Source: Mobula hypostoma | Lineage: Eukaryota | Length of the DNA: 64,000 nucleotides | Assembly (NCBI RefSeq): GCF_963921235.1 | Contig: NC_086097.1 | Coordinates: 245,894,001 to 245,958,000 of the forward strand | Direction: 5' to 3' | In this document: piece after piece, positions 35,233 through 48,310 of the stretch | Layout of the letters: each line of letters begins with the position of its first letter | How positions within the stretch are numbered: the first letter of the stretch is position 1 | The notes under the pieces: model-generated | The model's database searches: none | The model's input: the letters and a program-made list of their open reading frames with translations, nothing else | What the model was told of the DNA's origin: nothing | Translations under genes and position numbers: made by a program

Positions 35233-35996
35233 GTCCGTCTCCAGACGTTTTGCACTTTCACATTGCCAAGGAGGAGGATAGCGAGCTGTCTCTGGTGGAC
35301 CAAGCCAATGTCTGGCTGTACCTGAAGCTCTCAAACAAGTCTAGCCGAAGCAGGAATAAGGTGACCATTCGGCTGTACCGAGGTAACGACAGCTTCCCCT
35401 TCGTCGAGAAGCAGGTGGATGTCAAAGTCAGCGGCTGGCACACGCTGCCGGTGTCGAGGGCGGTGCAGGAGACGCTGAGCACGCCGGAGAGGTCCCTGCT
35501 CCTGAGGGTTGCCTGCGCGCAGTGCAGGGAAGCCGGTGCCTCCCCCGTGCTGCTGGAGGCAGCGGGGAAGGACGAGTCGTTCCGCCCCTTCCTGATGCTT
35601 CTGCTGCGGGAATCGGACGCTCACACGCACCGGATCCGCAAACGGGGGCTGGAGTGCGAAGGGAAGTCCAACATCTGCTGCAGGAAGCGTTTCTTTGTGA
35701 ACTTCCGAGACATCGGCTGGAGCGACTGGATCATAGCGCCTTCCGGCTACTATGGGAACTACTGCGAGGGAGAGTGCCCGAGCCACATCGCCGGCACCTC
35801 GGGCTCGTCTCTTTCCTTCCACTCGGCCGTCATCAATCACTACAGGATCAGGGGCTACAGCCCCTTTAACAACATCAAATCCTGTTGTGTCCCTACCAAA
35901 CTCAGGGCAATGTCCATGCTCTATTACGATGACGGACATAACATTGTGAAAAAGGACATTCAGAACATGATCGTGGAGGAATGCGGCTGTTCGTAA
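35233..35996 (+). CDS. INHBA: Inhibin/activin beta A-like chain, coding exon 2 (prodomain, furin site, 116-aa mature TGF-beta domain)
   Basis: Polypyrimidine tract and CAG acceptor ending 35232, in phase with exon 1 (total 1146 nt, 381 aa). RIRKR at 35631-35645. Mature [12 protein letters not shown]...[17 protein letters not shown]...[10 protein letters not shown] (35646-35993) has 9 Cys. Confidence 0.97.
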
Positions 35997-36134
35997 ACCC
36001 TGAGAGATCCCCACACCCCGCACCCTCAAACACACACACACACACTGTTCGTAAACCCTGAGAGATCCCCACCCCCCCCCCACACACACACACTGTTCGT
36101 AAACCCTTAGAGAACCCCAAACCCCGCACCCTCA
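35987..36134 (+). repeat. Triplicated stop-codon unit with (CA)n spacers
   Basis: CTGTTCGTAAACCCT(G/T)AGAGA(T/A)CCCCA at 35987, 36045 and 36093. Confidence 0.92.
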
Positions 36135-37570
36135 GAGAGGGGGTCCTATACAAGCTTCAGCACGCGCACACACACACACACAGACACAAACACACACACA
36201 CATACAGGCACAGACAGACGGACGGGGACACACACACACACAGGCATACAGACGGAAGAAACAGTCACTTGCTACACTCTCTAGATTTAGGACGTAACTC
36301 TTGCGTGGAACCTCCCCGGAGCGTTAAGTTCAGCTCAGACCTTTAAAGATGCTGCCTGGCCTGTTGAGTTCTTCCAGCATTGTGTGTGTGTGATGCTCAG
36401 ACTTTTAAACACACAAGCTTCTGCAGGTGCTGGAGATCCGGAGTAACACACACACACACAAAATCCTGGAGGAACTCAGCAGATCAAGGAGCGTCTATGG
36501 AGGGGGGAAAACTGCTGACGTTTAGGGCCAAAACCCTTCATCGAACCCTTCAGCCGAAACGTCCAGTCAGATTTCTAAGCCCACGGAAAGGTTCCACGTG
36601 GCCACCGGCTTGCACACACACACACACACACACACAGTAGCTTTCCTTGCATTTATTTTTTTTACCGTGACATCCAATGGCACTTTCCCCAGACAAAAAT
36701 GCACACGATCCTTTCGTTGTGAACACGGGGTCGAGAGTTTTTACCACGGAGGTGCACTGCCTTTTGTTTGCAAAACTGCCTACACACGTGTAAGATGCCT
36801 AAGTCCAGAACTATGCAATCTTTTAAAAAATGGTCATGGATGGTTTACGTGAAAGGAGACGCTTGTTTCCACTGGAAGTTATCATTATTGAGGGAAACTT
36901 GAAAGGAACGCGTTCTCCCCGCTTGTGGGCCAAACATTTTTTTTAAAACTTTGTGACTACGATTTGCACTAAAACGACATTTTCCTGTCTAACCGTATTT
37001 ATACAGACGAGTTTGAAAGAACAGGGGACTGCACTCCAGTTAACTAGAGTTTCTGTGAAATTCTGTATCGGCGGATGAACATATACCAAAGAGATTTGTG
37101 TAAATGTTATTGTGATTTCTACAAGGATAATATTTTTTAAAAATCTAAAAAAAAGGTATATACACACACAGCACCTGTAGACGAACAAGGCTCCGGTATC
37201 AGGGTTTGGATGAAACACTCAATACGTTTGATCCATCGGCACGTAGACATCTGGATGTCTGGGCGCTCCTAACATCTGACTAGCAGACCCCCAGGTGTAG
37301 TTTGCACACTGAAAGCGATTAGCAAAAAGCACTTCCCGCAGTCAGCGCTTATTCTATCTAAGAACATTGAATCAGCGTATTTGAGAAAGAAAAGAAATCC
37401 GAACTTTAGCTTAAAAATAGTAGGCATATTTTTATAACGACGTCGCCTTACGGCGATCAAGAAGTATTAAATAAACATATTGTTTTAATGTTTCACGTGA
37501 AATATTGCGAAGATCATTCACCATAATCTGCCCGTTTAACCAGGCGAAAGACGCACGATTTCCTGTCGTC

Positions 37571-37785
37571 GGGGTGCGTGGCAGCGTAGTGGTTAGCGTA
37601 ACACCATTACAGCGCCAGGAGCCCGGGTTCAATTCCCACCGCTGGCTGTCAGGAGTTTGTACGTTTCCCCCCGTGACCACGTGGGTTTCCTCCGGTGCCT
37701 CGGTGTCCTCCCACAGTCCAAGGCTCACATGGGTGTAATTGGGCTCGTTGGCCCGGAATGCCTGTTACTATGGCGTACCTCTAAG
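37571..37785 (+). mobile_element. HE1/V-SINE (tRNA-derived)
   Basis: Box A GGCAGCGTAGTGG, box B GGTTCAATTCC and V-domain-like GTGGGTTTCCTCCGGTGCCTCGGTGTCCTCCCACAGTCCAA. Confidence 0.8.
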
Positions 37786-38364
37786 GAAATCTTTCCCGGA
37801 ACCCAGTTAAATCTGTAGAGTTCAAATTATTTATTTAATGATGCCAGCATATCAGGCTTTAAAGGAATTCTTTGCCATTCTTCCCGACTTGTTTTCAGTG
37901 CTGATTTCCTATGTCACCAAACACCGCCTGTTCTCTCGGGGCTCTGCCGCGGGCTGACGGCGAGGGCTCCTCGCATCAGAAACTCGAGGGTCGGGTGGTC
38001 TCAGTGGCAGGAAGGTGGGTTATTGCCAACGACTGAATGGGGCCAGACTGAAGTCCAATTTGTGAAGATTATACATTCGAGAATACCCTCCAACGCTGGC
38101 AGCGTGTTACAGCCGCGTCTTTTCATGACACCTGGGCCGTGAGAGTAGAGATTCCATGTAGCTTTTCCGACTCGCTGCTGAAATGTCCCCTTGTCAGTAG
38201 AAATCAAGCCTACAGCGTTAAGCACCAAAAAAAATCTCTATGTTTTTTTTAAAATTGTGGACTAGATGTATTTTACACATCACTGTACAGTGCGAGATTG
38301 TGTACATATATGATTTCAATCTGCGAACTTTTTATTGCCTTAATAAGTTTTATTGTTGGTCTGG

Positions 38365-38368
<4 letters not shown>

Positions 38369-38412
<44 letters not shown>
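38369..38412 (+). repeat. (GT)n microsatellite
   Basis: About 22 perfect GT units. Confidence 0.95.
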
Positions 38413-38415
<3 letters not shown>

Positions 38416-39189
38416 TAATTGGAATTAGACCATAAGATATAGCAGGCCATTTGGCCCATCGAGTCTGCTCCGCCATTCCGTTGTGGCTGACTTACTCTCC
38501 CTCCCATTCCCCCACTTTCTCCCCGTAACCTTTAAGGCTCTGACTAATCAATAACCTATCAACCTTCGTTTTAAATATTTCCAGTTACCTGGCCTCCGCA
38601 GACGAAGCAAATCTGAACCGGTTGGATAGATCATGAATGGAAATGGTGTACAAGGCCTGTCTCACCCTTTTCACGTGGCTAGCAAGTTGTTTTCATTCAG
38701 GTTCAGTATACATTCGGGTGTTTATTGAAATTCGCCTTTGCCACCCCTGAAGTCCGCACATTCTAGTTCATAACCAGCAACAAATACAACGATAAAGCCC
38801 CACCCCAACGCACATCCTCTCAACGGGTATTTGTCATCATTACATCATTACGTACTGTGTCATGATGACATAATTTATATTTGTCATCTACTCACAGCTG
38901 CCAGTGGGCTAGTTGGAATCGCTACACTTAATCTGGATTGTGTCTAGTCTCACCGAGGGCACAGATAGTTACAGAAAAATGGAGGGCAAAGTAGGAGGGA
39001 AGAATTAGATTGATCTTCCAGTGGGTTAAAATGTTGGCACAACTTTGCGAGATGATGAGGCTGTACTGTGCTGTACTGTTCTGTGTTCTAACACAACGAT
39101 GCTTGAGGAACTCAGTAAGTCAGATTGGGACCCAGAACTTTCATCAGTATTTGGAAAGGAAGGGGGCAGAAGCCGGAATAAGAGGTGCC

Positions 39190-39500
39190 CTCTCCTAACG
39201 GATTACTGCTTGGCCAGCCCTTCATCTCGCCCACCTATCGCCTACTTCATACCACTCCCCCTTCACCCAGTCACCTTCCCCATCTCCTTGTCTCATCTAT
39301 CTCCTGCCAGCTTCTACTCCTCTCCCTCCACCTTATTCTGGCTTCTTCCCCACTTCCTTTCCAGTCCTGGTGAAGGGTCTCGAACTGAAATGTTGACTGT
39401 TCATTCCCCCCCCCCCCCATAGATGTGGCCTGACCTGTTCAGTTCCTCCAGCATCTTAGGTATGTTGCTCTGGATTTCCAGTATCTGCAGCCCCTCCTGT
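39190..39500 (+). mobile_element. Penelope-like 3' fragment
   Basis: Pyrimidine-rich body, then a degenerate CAGTCCTGGTGAAGGGTCTC..GAAATGTTGACTG. Confidence 0.7.
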
Positions 39501-40664
39501 GTTTTGTGCACATTATCTTTGGCCAAGGTTGTGACTACTGTATGGAAAGTGGGCTTGGGTGCCTTTCAGAGAAGCAGATATCTTCTCTGACAAAGGCTGA
39601 TTCTTTAGTACAGGCAGACTATTGCAGGAGGGAGGTGGTGTAGTTGGAATGCCAAAATGAAGTCTATTTGGTGAGAGTGTGGAAGATTCCAAAGCCTAAC
39701 TAATTCAGGCAAGAAATCTCAAAAATCCTATCAATACTTAACAACCTGAATAGAAAAATGGAAACACGAGGAAATCTGCAGATGAAAGGAATAAATTGTG
39801 GTATCCTGCTGTGTAAATGGGTTGGGATGATCTTTTGTCGTATCACCAATGACCTTATTTCCCAATTCCAACGTGTGGGATATTCATGGAAGGTGTCGCG
39901 AAACTGCAAACATTCATTTAGACCTAAGACTTAGGAGCAGAATTGGCCCATTCAGCTATCGCGTCTGCTTCATCTTTCCATCATGGCTTATTGATTATCC
40001 CTCTCAACCCCATTCTCCAACCTTCTCCCTAATCCCCGATTAACCAAGAGCCTATCAGCCTTTGCCCAGTGACTCGGCCTCAACAGCTATCTGTGGCAAT
40101 GAATTCCACAGATCCAGCACCTTCTGGCTGAAGAAATCCCTCTTCATCTCTGTTTTGAAGGGTCACCCTATTCTGAGGCTGTGCTGTCTGATCCTAGGCC
40201 CTCCTCCCCCCGCCCCCGCCACTATAGGAAACATCCCCTCCACAAAGAATTTTAAAATGTAGGTTGTGCTGAGGTTCATATGAAAGGGAGAGAGGTTTGC
40301 AAAGAGAAGTCCCAGGCTCTGGGTCTTGCCTGTTGAAGCTGTGGAAAAGAGAACTGGGAGCTCAGCTCTCTCAGGGTTCTGTTGCCAAAGGTTACAGAGA
40401 AAAAGATGTTCAAGGCTGCGAGGTGATGTGTGAAATATGAAAAGAATTTGCAAATCAAAACTTTGCTTTGATCCTGCGGAGATCACATTAGCTTTCCTAA
40501 ATGTCATTGCAGTGTCACTCAACTAATCTATTTGCAGATTATATGGCCACAGAATTTATCCCAGTAATTCTGTGGCCAGTAAACAAATCTTCCTGTCAGC
40601 ATCAAATTCTGACACATTTTTGACTGAGAGACAGAACTATGAAGATTAGAGACCATTATACAGA

Positions 40665-41075
40665 TTGTGTTATCAGAAGAATGAGGGGGATCCCATTGAA
40701 ACCAGTCGAATGGTAAAAGACCGCAATAGAGTGGATGTGGAGAGGATGTTTCCTGTGGTGGGGGAGTCTAAGACCAGAGGACACAGCCTCAGAATAGAGG
40801 GATATACTTTTAGAATAGAGATGAGAAGGAATTTCTTTAACCAGAGAGTGGTGAATCTGTGGATTTCATTGCCACAGGCGGCTGTGGAATTCAAAATCAT
40901 TGGGTATATTTAATGCAGAGTTTGATAGAATCTTGATTTGTCAGGGCATGAAGGGAAACAGGGAGAAGGCAGGAGATTGGTCTGAGGGGAAATTGGATCA
41001 GCCATGATGAAAAGGCAAAACAGACTTGATGGGCCAAATGGCCTAATTCTGCTCCTATGTCTTATGATCTTATGG
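40665..41075 (+). mobile_element. CR1 LINE 3' fragment
   Basis: GESKTRGHSLRIEG..RRNFFNQRVVNLW. Confidence 0.88.
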
Positions 41076-41884
41076 TGTTATCATGGGGCAGGCATGATAT
41101 ACATATATAATTTTATTGTGAAGGACTGCAGTTTTAGTGACCTTTAATTATTTACCAATAAGTCTATGCAGTTTTAAAAAAGTTATAACTTTCCTCGTAA
41201 AATTGCAATGTTACATCTTTTTCACAACAAAAACCTAAATGCTGCATCTTCTAATACTCCAGCGAGTGAAGCGAGAGTTCCTGTTTACCTCTGAGTGTCT
41301 AACTGCAACTTTTTGCTCTTCTGAAAATGCATGCTTAATTTGAAAAGCAGATAGAACTGACAGTAAATGTTCTTGTTTTATTTTGATTTGACTTGCACCT
41401 TATCTAGACCAACAATCCCAAATTGTCTTTCCCATTTTGTTCATCTGCAACTTAATGCTTCAAAACAATGTTCTGTAGGCTAATATGATTTCAAAAGTAA
41501 AATTAATTTATGGACTTGTGTAAACAGTATAATTTGATCATTTGATATTTATTGTACATCAGTAAATAAATGTTTATTTTTAAGTTGCATAAGGGATATT
41601 ACCATATGTTGCAAAATAATGGATGCTGTTTATGGAATAAAGTTATCAGCATTGAAAAACTGGCTTAAGTATTTTCTCTGTGAAACCAGTATGCTTCAAC
41701 ACCTATTAATAAACAAACGTAGAGCTAAATCAGATGTAATGATACTAATTGAATAATTAAGTTGGATCTTTGTAATAGGTTTTCTTCCAAATAGAAGTCC
41801 CTTCAATTTCATTGTGTTTACATGGTTGGACCTGATTCACTTAACCCTCTGGGATGGGACATGTTTCAAGCCTGTGGGCATTGC

Positions 41885-42420
41885 ATTCATAAGATCATAA
41901 GACATCGGAGCAGATCTCGGCCATTCGTCCCATTGAGATTGCTCTGTCGTTCAATCATGGCTTATTTATTACGCCTGTCAACCCTGCTCTCCTGTCTTCC
42001 CCCTGTAGCCTGTAATGCCCTTACTACTCAAAGAACCTATCAACTTCCACTTTAAATATATCCAATGACTTGGTCTCCACTGCCATCTATGGCAATGAAT
42101 TCCACAGGTTTTCTCCCCTCTGGCTAAAGAAATTCCTCCTCATCTTTGTAAAGTGATGTCTTTCTATTCTGAGGCTGTGCCCTCTGGTCCTAGACTCCTC
42201 CAGTCTGAAGAGGAAAGTTCCTCTCCACTCCACTCTGTCTAGGCCTTTCAATATTCGATTCCACCCCACCCCAACTCATTCTTTTTAAACTCCAGTGAGT
42301 ACAGGCCCAGAGCCATGAAATGCTCTTCATACATTAACCCTTTCATTCTTGGGCTTGTTCTCGTGAGCTTCCTCTGGACCACCTCCAATACCAGCGTATC
42401 CTTCCTTGGACAAGGGGCCT
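41885..42420 (-). mobile_element. CR1 LINE 3' fragment
   Basis: ESRTRGHSLRIER..RRNFFSQR. Confidence 0.8.
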
Positions 42421-43024
42421 AGAAGCACAGAGCCACAATACCGAGGGAGCAAGCTCTTCAATGAGCTGCTTATCTGCTCAAAGTTGGGGCTTAGGACAAC
42501 ATTTATCCATAATACAAAAGCAATTAAACTAATTAAATGGCCATTATATTGTTCTTGAGGTACATTGCCGTAAGAAAATTGGCTGCTCTCCTTCTTCTTT
42601 ACAGTAGTGAAGCAAAGTATATGATAAATAAAGTAGTTTTGAATTGTTTAAGAAAGACACCACATTACTTGAACACACACAAAAAAGATGCTTTTTGAGG
42701 ATTGCAAATGGAGGCTATGTAGGCCAGTACTCAGTATCATCAGAAAATCGAAATCAAAGTTTAACGTTCAAAGAAAAACAAATTTATCATCAGAGTACAT
42801 GTATGTCACCATGTCCTGTCCTGACATTCATTTTCTTGCAGGCATTTGCAGTAAAAAAGAAATACAGTAGAATCAATGTAAAAGAATTAGGTTTAATATC
42901 ACTGACATATGTCACGAAATTTGTATTTTTTTTGACAGCATTACAGTCACAGGCATAAAAGTTATCATAAGCTATAAAATAAATTTTAAAAAAGCAAAAA
43001 TGTATTAATGAGGCAGTGTTCATA

Positions 43025-43320
43025 GGTTAAACAGAAGAGATTCTGCAGATGTTGAAATCATGCCAAAAAAACTGAAGGAACTCAACAGGGCAAGAGGCAT
43101 CTCTAGAGGGGAATAAACAGTCGAGGGTTTGGGCTGAGACCCTTCATCAGGACTGGAAAGGAAGGGGCAAACACTGGAATATGAAGTTGGGGAGAGGGCG
43201 GTGAGGGGAAGGAGTACAAACTAGCAGGTGATAGGTGAGACCAGGTGAGGGCGAAGATGGGTGGGTAGGGGGAGGAGGATGAAATAAGAAGCTGGGAGAT
43301 GATAGGGTGGAAGACGTATG
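43025..43320 (-). mobile_element. Penelope-like 3' fragment
   Basis: Minus strand CAGTC-CTGATGA-AGGGTCTCAGCCC, with the GAAAC box mutated. Confidence 0.75.
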
Positions 43321-43634
43321 TGAGGACATTCCTTTTGAAGTCTACATTTAGGAGAATGAAGACTGTTCTCTACAGTTAAACTATGAGGTCAGACTACATA
43401 AAGCTAGGGATGTGGTGCCAGGGATCATTTGACTGAAGTTTCCAGAGTCTGAAAGGGCACTTGGAGGAATAGTGAAGGAAACAGTTCCTGTTTGTCAGGA
43501 TGAATAGAACTAGATGTTATACGTAGGCGAAAAAGGCAAGTTGGGAATCTGTTTTTTGAAACTTTGGCACTAAGCACTGCCAGGTCCTCGTTAGTGAAAG
43601 GCTCACCCTGAAACTTGAATAACTGTTGACTATC

Positions 43635-45830
43635 CTCATGTTGTTACAAAGATAGGTGGAGGGGCAGGGAGAGATGAGGAAGCAGGGAGTTTGTAGAAAG
43701 ACTGAGTCAGATTGGGAGAATGGGCAAAGAAGAAGCGGATGGAATATATTGTAGGGAAGTGTATGGTCGTGCACCGTGGTAGAAGGAATAAAGGCACAGA
43801 CTATTTTCTAAACAGGGAGAACATTCAGAATTCAGAAGTTCATAGGGACTTGGGAGTCCTTGTGCAGGATTCCCTAAAGGTTAACTTGCAGGTCGAGTCG
43901 GTGGTGAGGAAGGCAAATGCAATGTTAGCATTCATTTTGAGAGGACTGGAATATAAAAGCAAGAATGTAATGGTGAGGCTCCGTAAGGGTTTGCTCAGAC
44001 TGCACTTAGAGGATCGTGAGTTGTTTTGGGCCCATTATCTAAGAAATGACGTGCTGGCATTGGAGACAGTCCAGGTGAGGTTTGGAATGAAAGCGTTGAT
44101 GTAGGAGAAGTGCTTGATGGCTCTGGGCCTATACTTGCTGAAGTTTAGAAGAATAAGGAGTGGGGGTGGATCTCATTGAAACCTATCGAATATTGAAAGG
44201 TCCAGATAAAACGGATGTGTGTAGGATATTTCCTATAGTGGGAGAGTCTAGGACCAGAAGGCACAGCCTCAGATTAGAAGGATGTCCGTTTAGAACCAGA
44301 GGGAGATGAATCTGTGAAATTCGTTGCCACAGTCCACTGTTAAGACCAAGTCATTTGGTATATTTAAAGTAGCGATTGTTAGGTTTTTCATTTGTAAGGG
44401 CATCAAAGATTAGAGAGTCACAGAGTCACAGGAAAGTACAGGACAGAAACAAGACTTTCGACCCATACAGTTTATGCCGAAACATTTAAACTGCCTACTC
44501 TCATTGACCTGCACTGGGATCATAGCTCTCCATACCCCTACCATCCATGTACCTATCCAAACTTCTCTTAAACATTGAAATCGAGTTTGCATGCATGACT
44601 TGTGCTGGCAGCTCATTCCACACTCTCACCACCTTCTGAGTGAAGAAGCTTCCCCTCATATTCCCATTAAACTTTTCACCTTTCACCCTTAACCTATGAC
44701 TTCTAGTTGCAGTCCCACCCAACCTCAGTGGAAAAAGCCTGCTTGCATTTACCCTCATAATTTTGTATACCTCTATCAAATCTTCTCTCATTCTTCTATG
44801 TTCCAAGGTCCTTACCTATTCAATCTTTCCATATAACTCAGGTCCTCCAGACCCGGTAACATTCCTATAATTTCTCTCAGTACTCTTTCAACCTTATTTA
44901 CATCTTTCCTATAAGTCGGTGACCAAAACTCCAAATAAGGCCTTATCAATGCCTTATACAACATCCCATCTTCTGTACTCAATGACCTGACTTGGTCCAC
45001 TGCCAAGAAGGCCCACCAATGCCTTTACTTCCTGAGAAAGCTAAAGAAATTTGGCCTGTCCCCTAAAACCCTCACTAATTTTCATAGATGCACCGTAGAA
45101 AGCATTCTTCTAGGGTGCATCACAACCTGGTATGGAAGTTGTCCTGTCCAATTTTGGAAGAAGCTGCAGAAGATCGTGAACACAGTCCAGCACATCACAC
45201 AAACCAATCTTCCGTCCTTGGACTCACTTTACACCACACGCTGTCAGAGCAGAGCTGCCAAGATAATCAAGGACACGACCCACCCAGCCAACACACTTTT
45301 CGTCCCTCTTCCTTCCGGGAGAAGGCTCAGGAGCTTGAAGACTCGTACGGCCAGATTTGGGAACAGCTTCTTTCCAACTGCTGAACGGATCCTGACCCGG
45401 ATCTGGGCCGTACCCTCCAAATATCCGGACCTGCCTCTCGGTTTTTTTTGCACTACCTTACTTTCCCTTTTCTATTTTCTGTTTAAGATTTATAATTTAA
45501 ATTTTTAATATTTACTATCGATTTGTACTCCAGGGAGGGTGAAGCGCAGAATCAAATATCGCTGTGATGATTGTACGCTCTAGTATCAATTGTTTGGCGA
45601 CAATAAAATATAAAGTATAAAGTAAGTATATTTAATTTATGAAGGCCAATGTGCTAAAAGCTTACTTTATGATCCTATTTACCTGTGACGCCACTGTCAA
45701 TGAATTATGGACTTGTATTCCCAGATCCCTTTGATCTACCACACTTCCCAGTGCCCTGTTGTTCACTGTGCAAGCCTACTCTGGTGGGTACTACCAAAGT
45801 GCAACACACACACTTGTCTGCATTAAATTA
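43635..45830. mobile_element. CR1 (+, 43635-44410) and CR1 (-, 44410-45830), the latter split by a Rex1/Babar-like 3' fragment (+, ~44986-45622)
   Basis: CR1 motifs RDLGVLVQDSLKV and VRKANAMLAF. The insert encodes LPSGRRLRSLKTRTARFGNSFFP and has an (AAGTATA)n tail shared with 9500-9776. Confidence 0.82.
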
Positions 45831-46743
45831 CAGGGAGAAGGCAGGTGAATGGGTTTAAGAGGGATAATAAATCAGCCATGATGAAATGGTGGAGCAGGCT
45901 CGATGGGCCAAATGGCCTAATTCTGTTCCTATGTCTTATGGCCTAAATGATGCTTGTTTGGAAGACCACAACCACATCCCAGCTGTTCATGAAATGAACC
46001 AAAACATTGTTTCATTTACTGTAGCACAAGTGAAATCAACTACATCTGGACGAAAGGTGTCACTTCCACTTCTGTTTACTGACCAAGAGTTCAGGTGAAG
46101 AGCTTTAGGTTTCCAGGTGTGAGCATCACCAATGCCCTGTTCTGATCCTACCACATCAATGTCATGGCCAAGGAAACTCACAATGCCTCTACTTCCTTAG
46201 AAGGCTAAGGAAATCTGGCATGTCCCCATCGACCCTTACCAACTTTTCATGATACACTGTAGGAAGAGAGAGTGTGAGAGTATGTTTCCTATCGTGAAGG
46301 ATTCTAGGACCAAGCGGCACAGCCTCAGGAAAGGAGTAAGTCCCTTTAGAACAGAGATGAGGAGGAATGTATTTGGCCAGAGGGAGGTGAATCTGTGGAA
46401 TTCATTGCCACAGGTGGCAGTGGAGGCCAAGTCATTGGGTATATTTAAAGTGGAGGTTGATAGGTAAGGGCATGAAAGGTTACAGGGAGAAGGCTGGAGA
46501 ATGGGGTTGTAAGGGATAATAAATCAGTCATGATGGAATGGCAGAAAAGGTTCAATTGGCCTAATTAGAACATAGCACAGAGGACATACAACAGTACTGC
46601 ACAGCAACAGGCTACTTGGCCTACAGTGTTGTGCTGTACCAAATGTATAAATTAATCAAATGGCTAACTAATCTCTTCTGTCCATGTAATGACCACATCC
46701 TTCCATTTTCCTCACATTCATGTGCCTATCTAAATGTCTGTTA

Positions 46744-48310
46744 CAAACCCCATTTCCAGAAAAGTTGGGATATTTTCCAAAATGCAATAAAAACAAAAAT
46801 CTGTGATATGTTAATTCATGTGAACCTTTATTTAACTGACAAAAGTACAAAGAAAAGATTTTCAATAGTTTTACTGACCAACTTAATTGTATTTTGTAAA
46901 CATACACAAATTTAGAATTTGATGGCTGCAACACACTCAACAAAAGTTGGGACAGAGGCATGTTTACCATTGTGTTACATCACCTTTCCTTTTAATAACA
47001 CTCTTTAATCGTTTTGGAACTGATGATACTAATTGTAGTAGGTTTGCAATTAGAAATTTTGTCCATTCTTGCTTGATTCTTCAGCTGCTCAACAGTCCGT
47101 GGTCTCCGTTGTCTGATGTGCCATACATTTTCAATAGGAGATAGATCTGGACTGGCAGCAGGCCAGTCAAGCACACGCACTCTGGTTCTGCAAAGCCATG
47201 CTGTTGTAGCCTGTGCAGAATGTGGTCTGGCATTGTCCTGCTGAAATAAGCATGGACATCCCGGGAAGAGACATCGCCTTGATGGCAACATATGTCACTC
47301 TAAAATCCTAGTATACACCTCAGAGTCAATGGTACCTTCACATACATGCAATTCACCCATGCCGTGGGCACTGATGCACCCCCATACCATCACAGATGCT
47401 GGCTTTTGCACCTTACGCTGATAACAATCTGGATGGTCGTTTTTATCTTTGGCACGGAGAACTCGACGCCCGTTTTTTTCCGAAAACTAGCTGAAATGTG
47501 GACTCATCTGACCACAGCACACGGTTCCACAGTCTTTCAGTCCATCTGAGATGAGCTCGGGCCCAGAGAACTCGCTGGCGTTTCTGCATAGAGTTGATGT
47601 ATGGCTTCCTCCTTGCGTAATACAGTTTCAAGTTGCATTTCTGGATGCAGCGACGGACTGTGTTGAGTGACAATGGTTTTTCGAAGTACTCCCGAGCCCG
47701 GGTGGCTATAATTGTCACAGTAGCATGACGGTTTCTTAGGCAGTGCTGCCTGAGGGCTCGAAGATCACGCGCATTCAACAGTGGTTTCCAACCTTGCCCT
47801 TTCCACACTGAGATATCTCTGAATTCTCTGAATCTTTTCACAATATTATGTACTGTAGATGTTGAAAGACCTAAATTCTCTGCAATCTTCCTTTTGAACT
47901 GACTAACAATTCTCTCACGAATTTTGGCACAAAGGGGTGAGCCACGACCCATCCTTGCTTGCAAAGACTGAGCCTTTGATGGACGCTACTTTTATACCCA
48001 GTCATGATACCTCACCTGCTAGCAATTAGCCTGCTTAATGTGGAGTCTTCCAAAATGTTACTTGAATATTCTGCGCACTTTTCAATCTTATTTTACTTCT
48101 GTCCCAACTTTTGTTGAGTGTGTTGCAGCCATCAAATTCTAAATTTGTGTATATTTACAAAATACAATTAAGTTGGTCAGTAAAACTATTGAAAATCTTT
48201 TCTTTGTACTTTTGTCAGTTAAATAAAGGTTCACATGAATTAACATATCATAGATTTTTGTTATTATTGCATTTTGGAAAATATCCCAACTTTTCTGGAA
48301 ATGGGGTTTG
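46744..48310 (-). mobile_element. Full-length Tc1 (DD34E) transposon, IR/DR type, 1567 bp
   Basis: TA TSDs at 46742-46743 and 48311-48312. 213-bp TIRs (46744-46956 and 48098-48310) with AAAGTTGGGA near both ends of each. Inserted in a CR1 3' fragment. Confidence 0.96.
46992..47952 (-). pseudogene. Tc1 transposase pseudogene
   Basis: MGRGSPL..STVHNIVKRF, VLWSDES, then FQQDNARPH..WPAASPDLSPIE with 34 residues between D and E. Two frameshifts, one stop and small deletions. Confidence 0.92.

Noticed and set aside
35331..36089. 252-aa minus-strand ORF
   Set aside because: Antisense shadow of GC-rich exon 2 plus microsatellite; no recognisable domain.
35987..36134. Repeat-spacer-like array resembling CRISPR
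   Set aside because: Vertebrate DNA, only three units, spacers are (CA)n/C-rich and related to each other, the unit overlaps a stop codon, and there are no cas genes.
37571..37650. tRNA gene
   Set aside because: A/B boxes run into a V-SINE body and no proper acceptor stem is visible; the same applies to 4330-4408.
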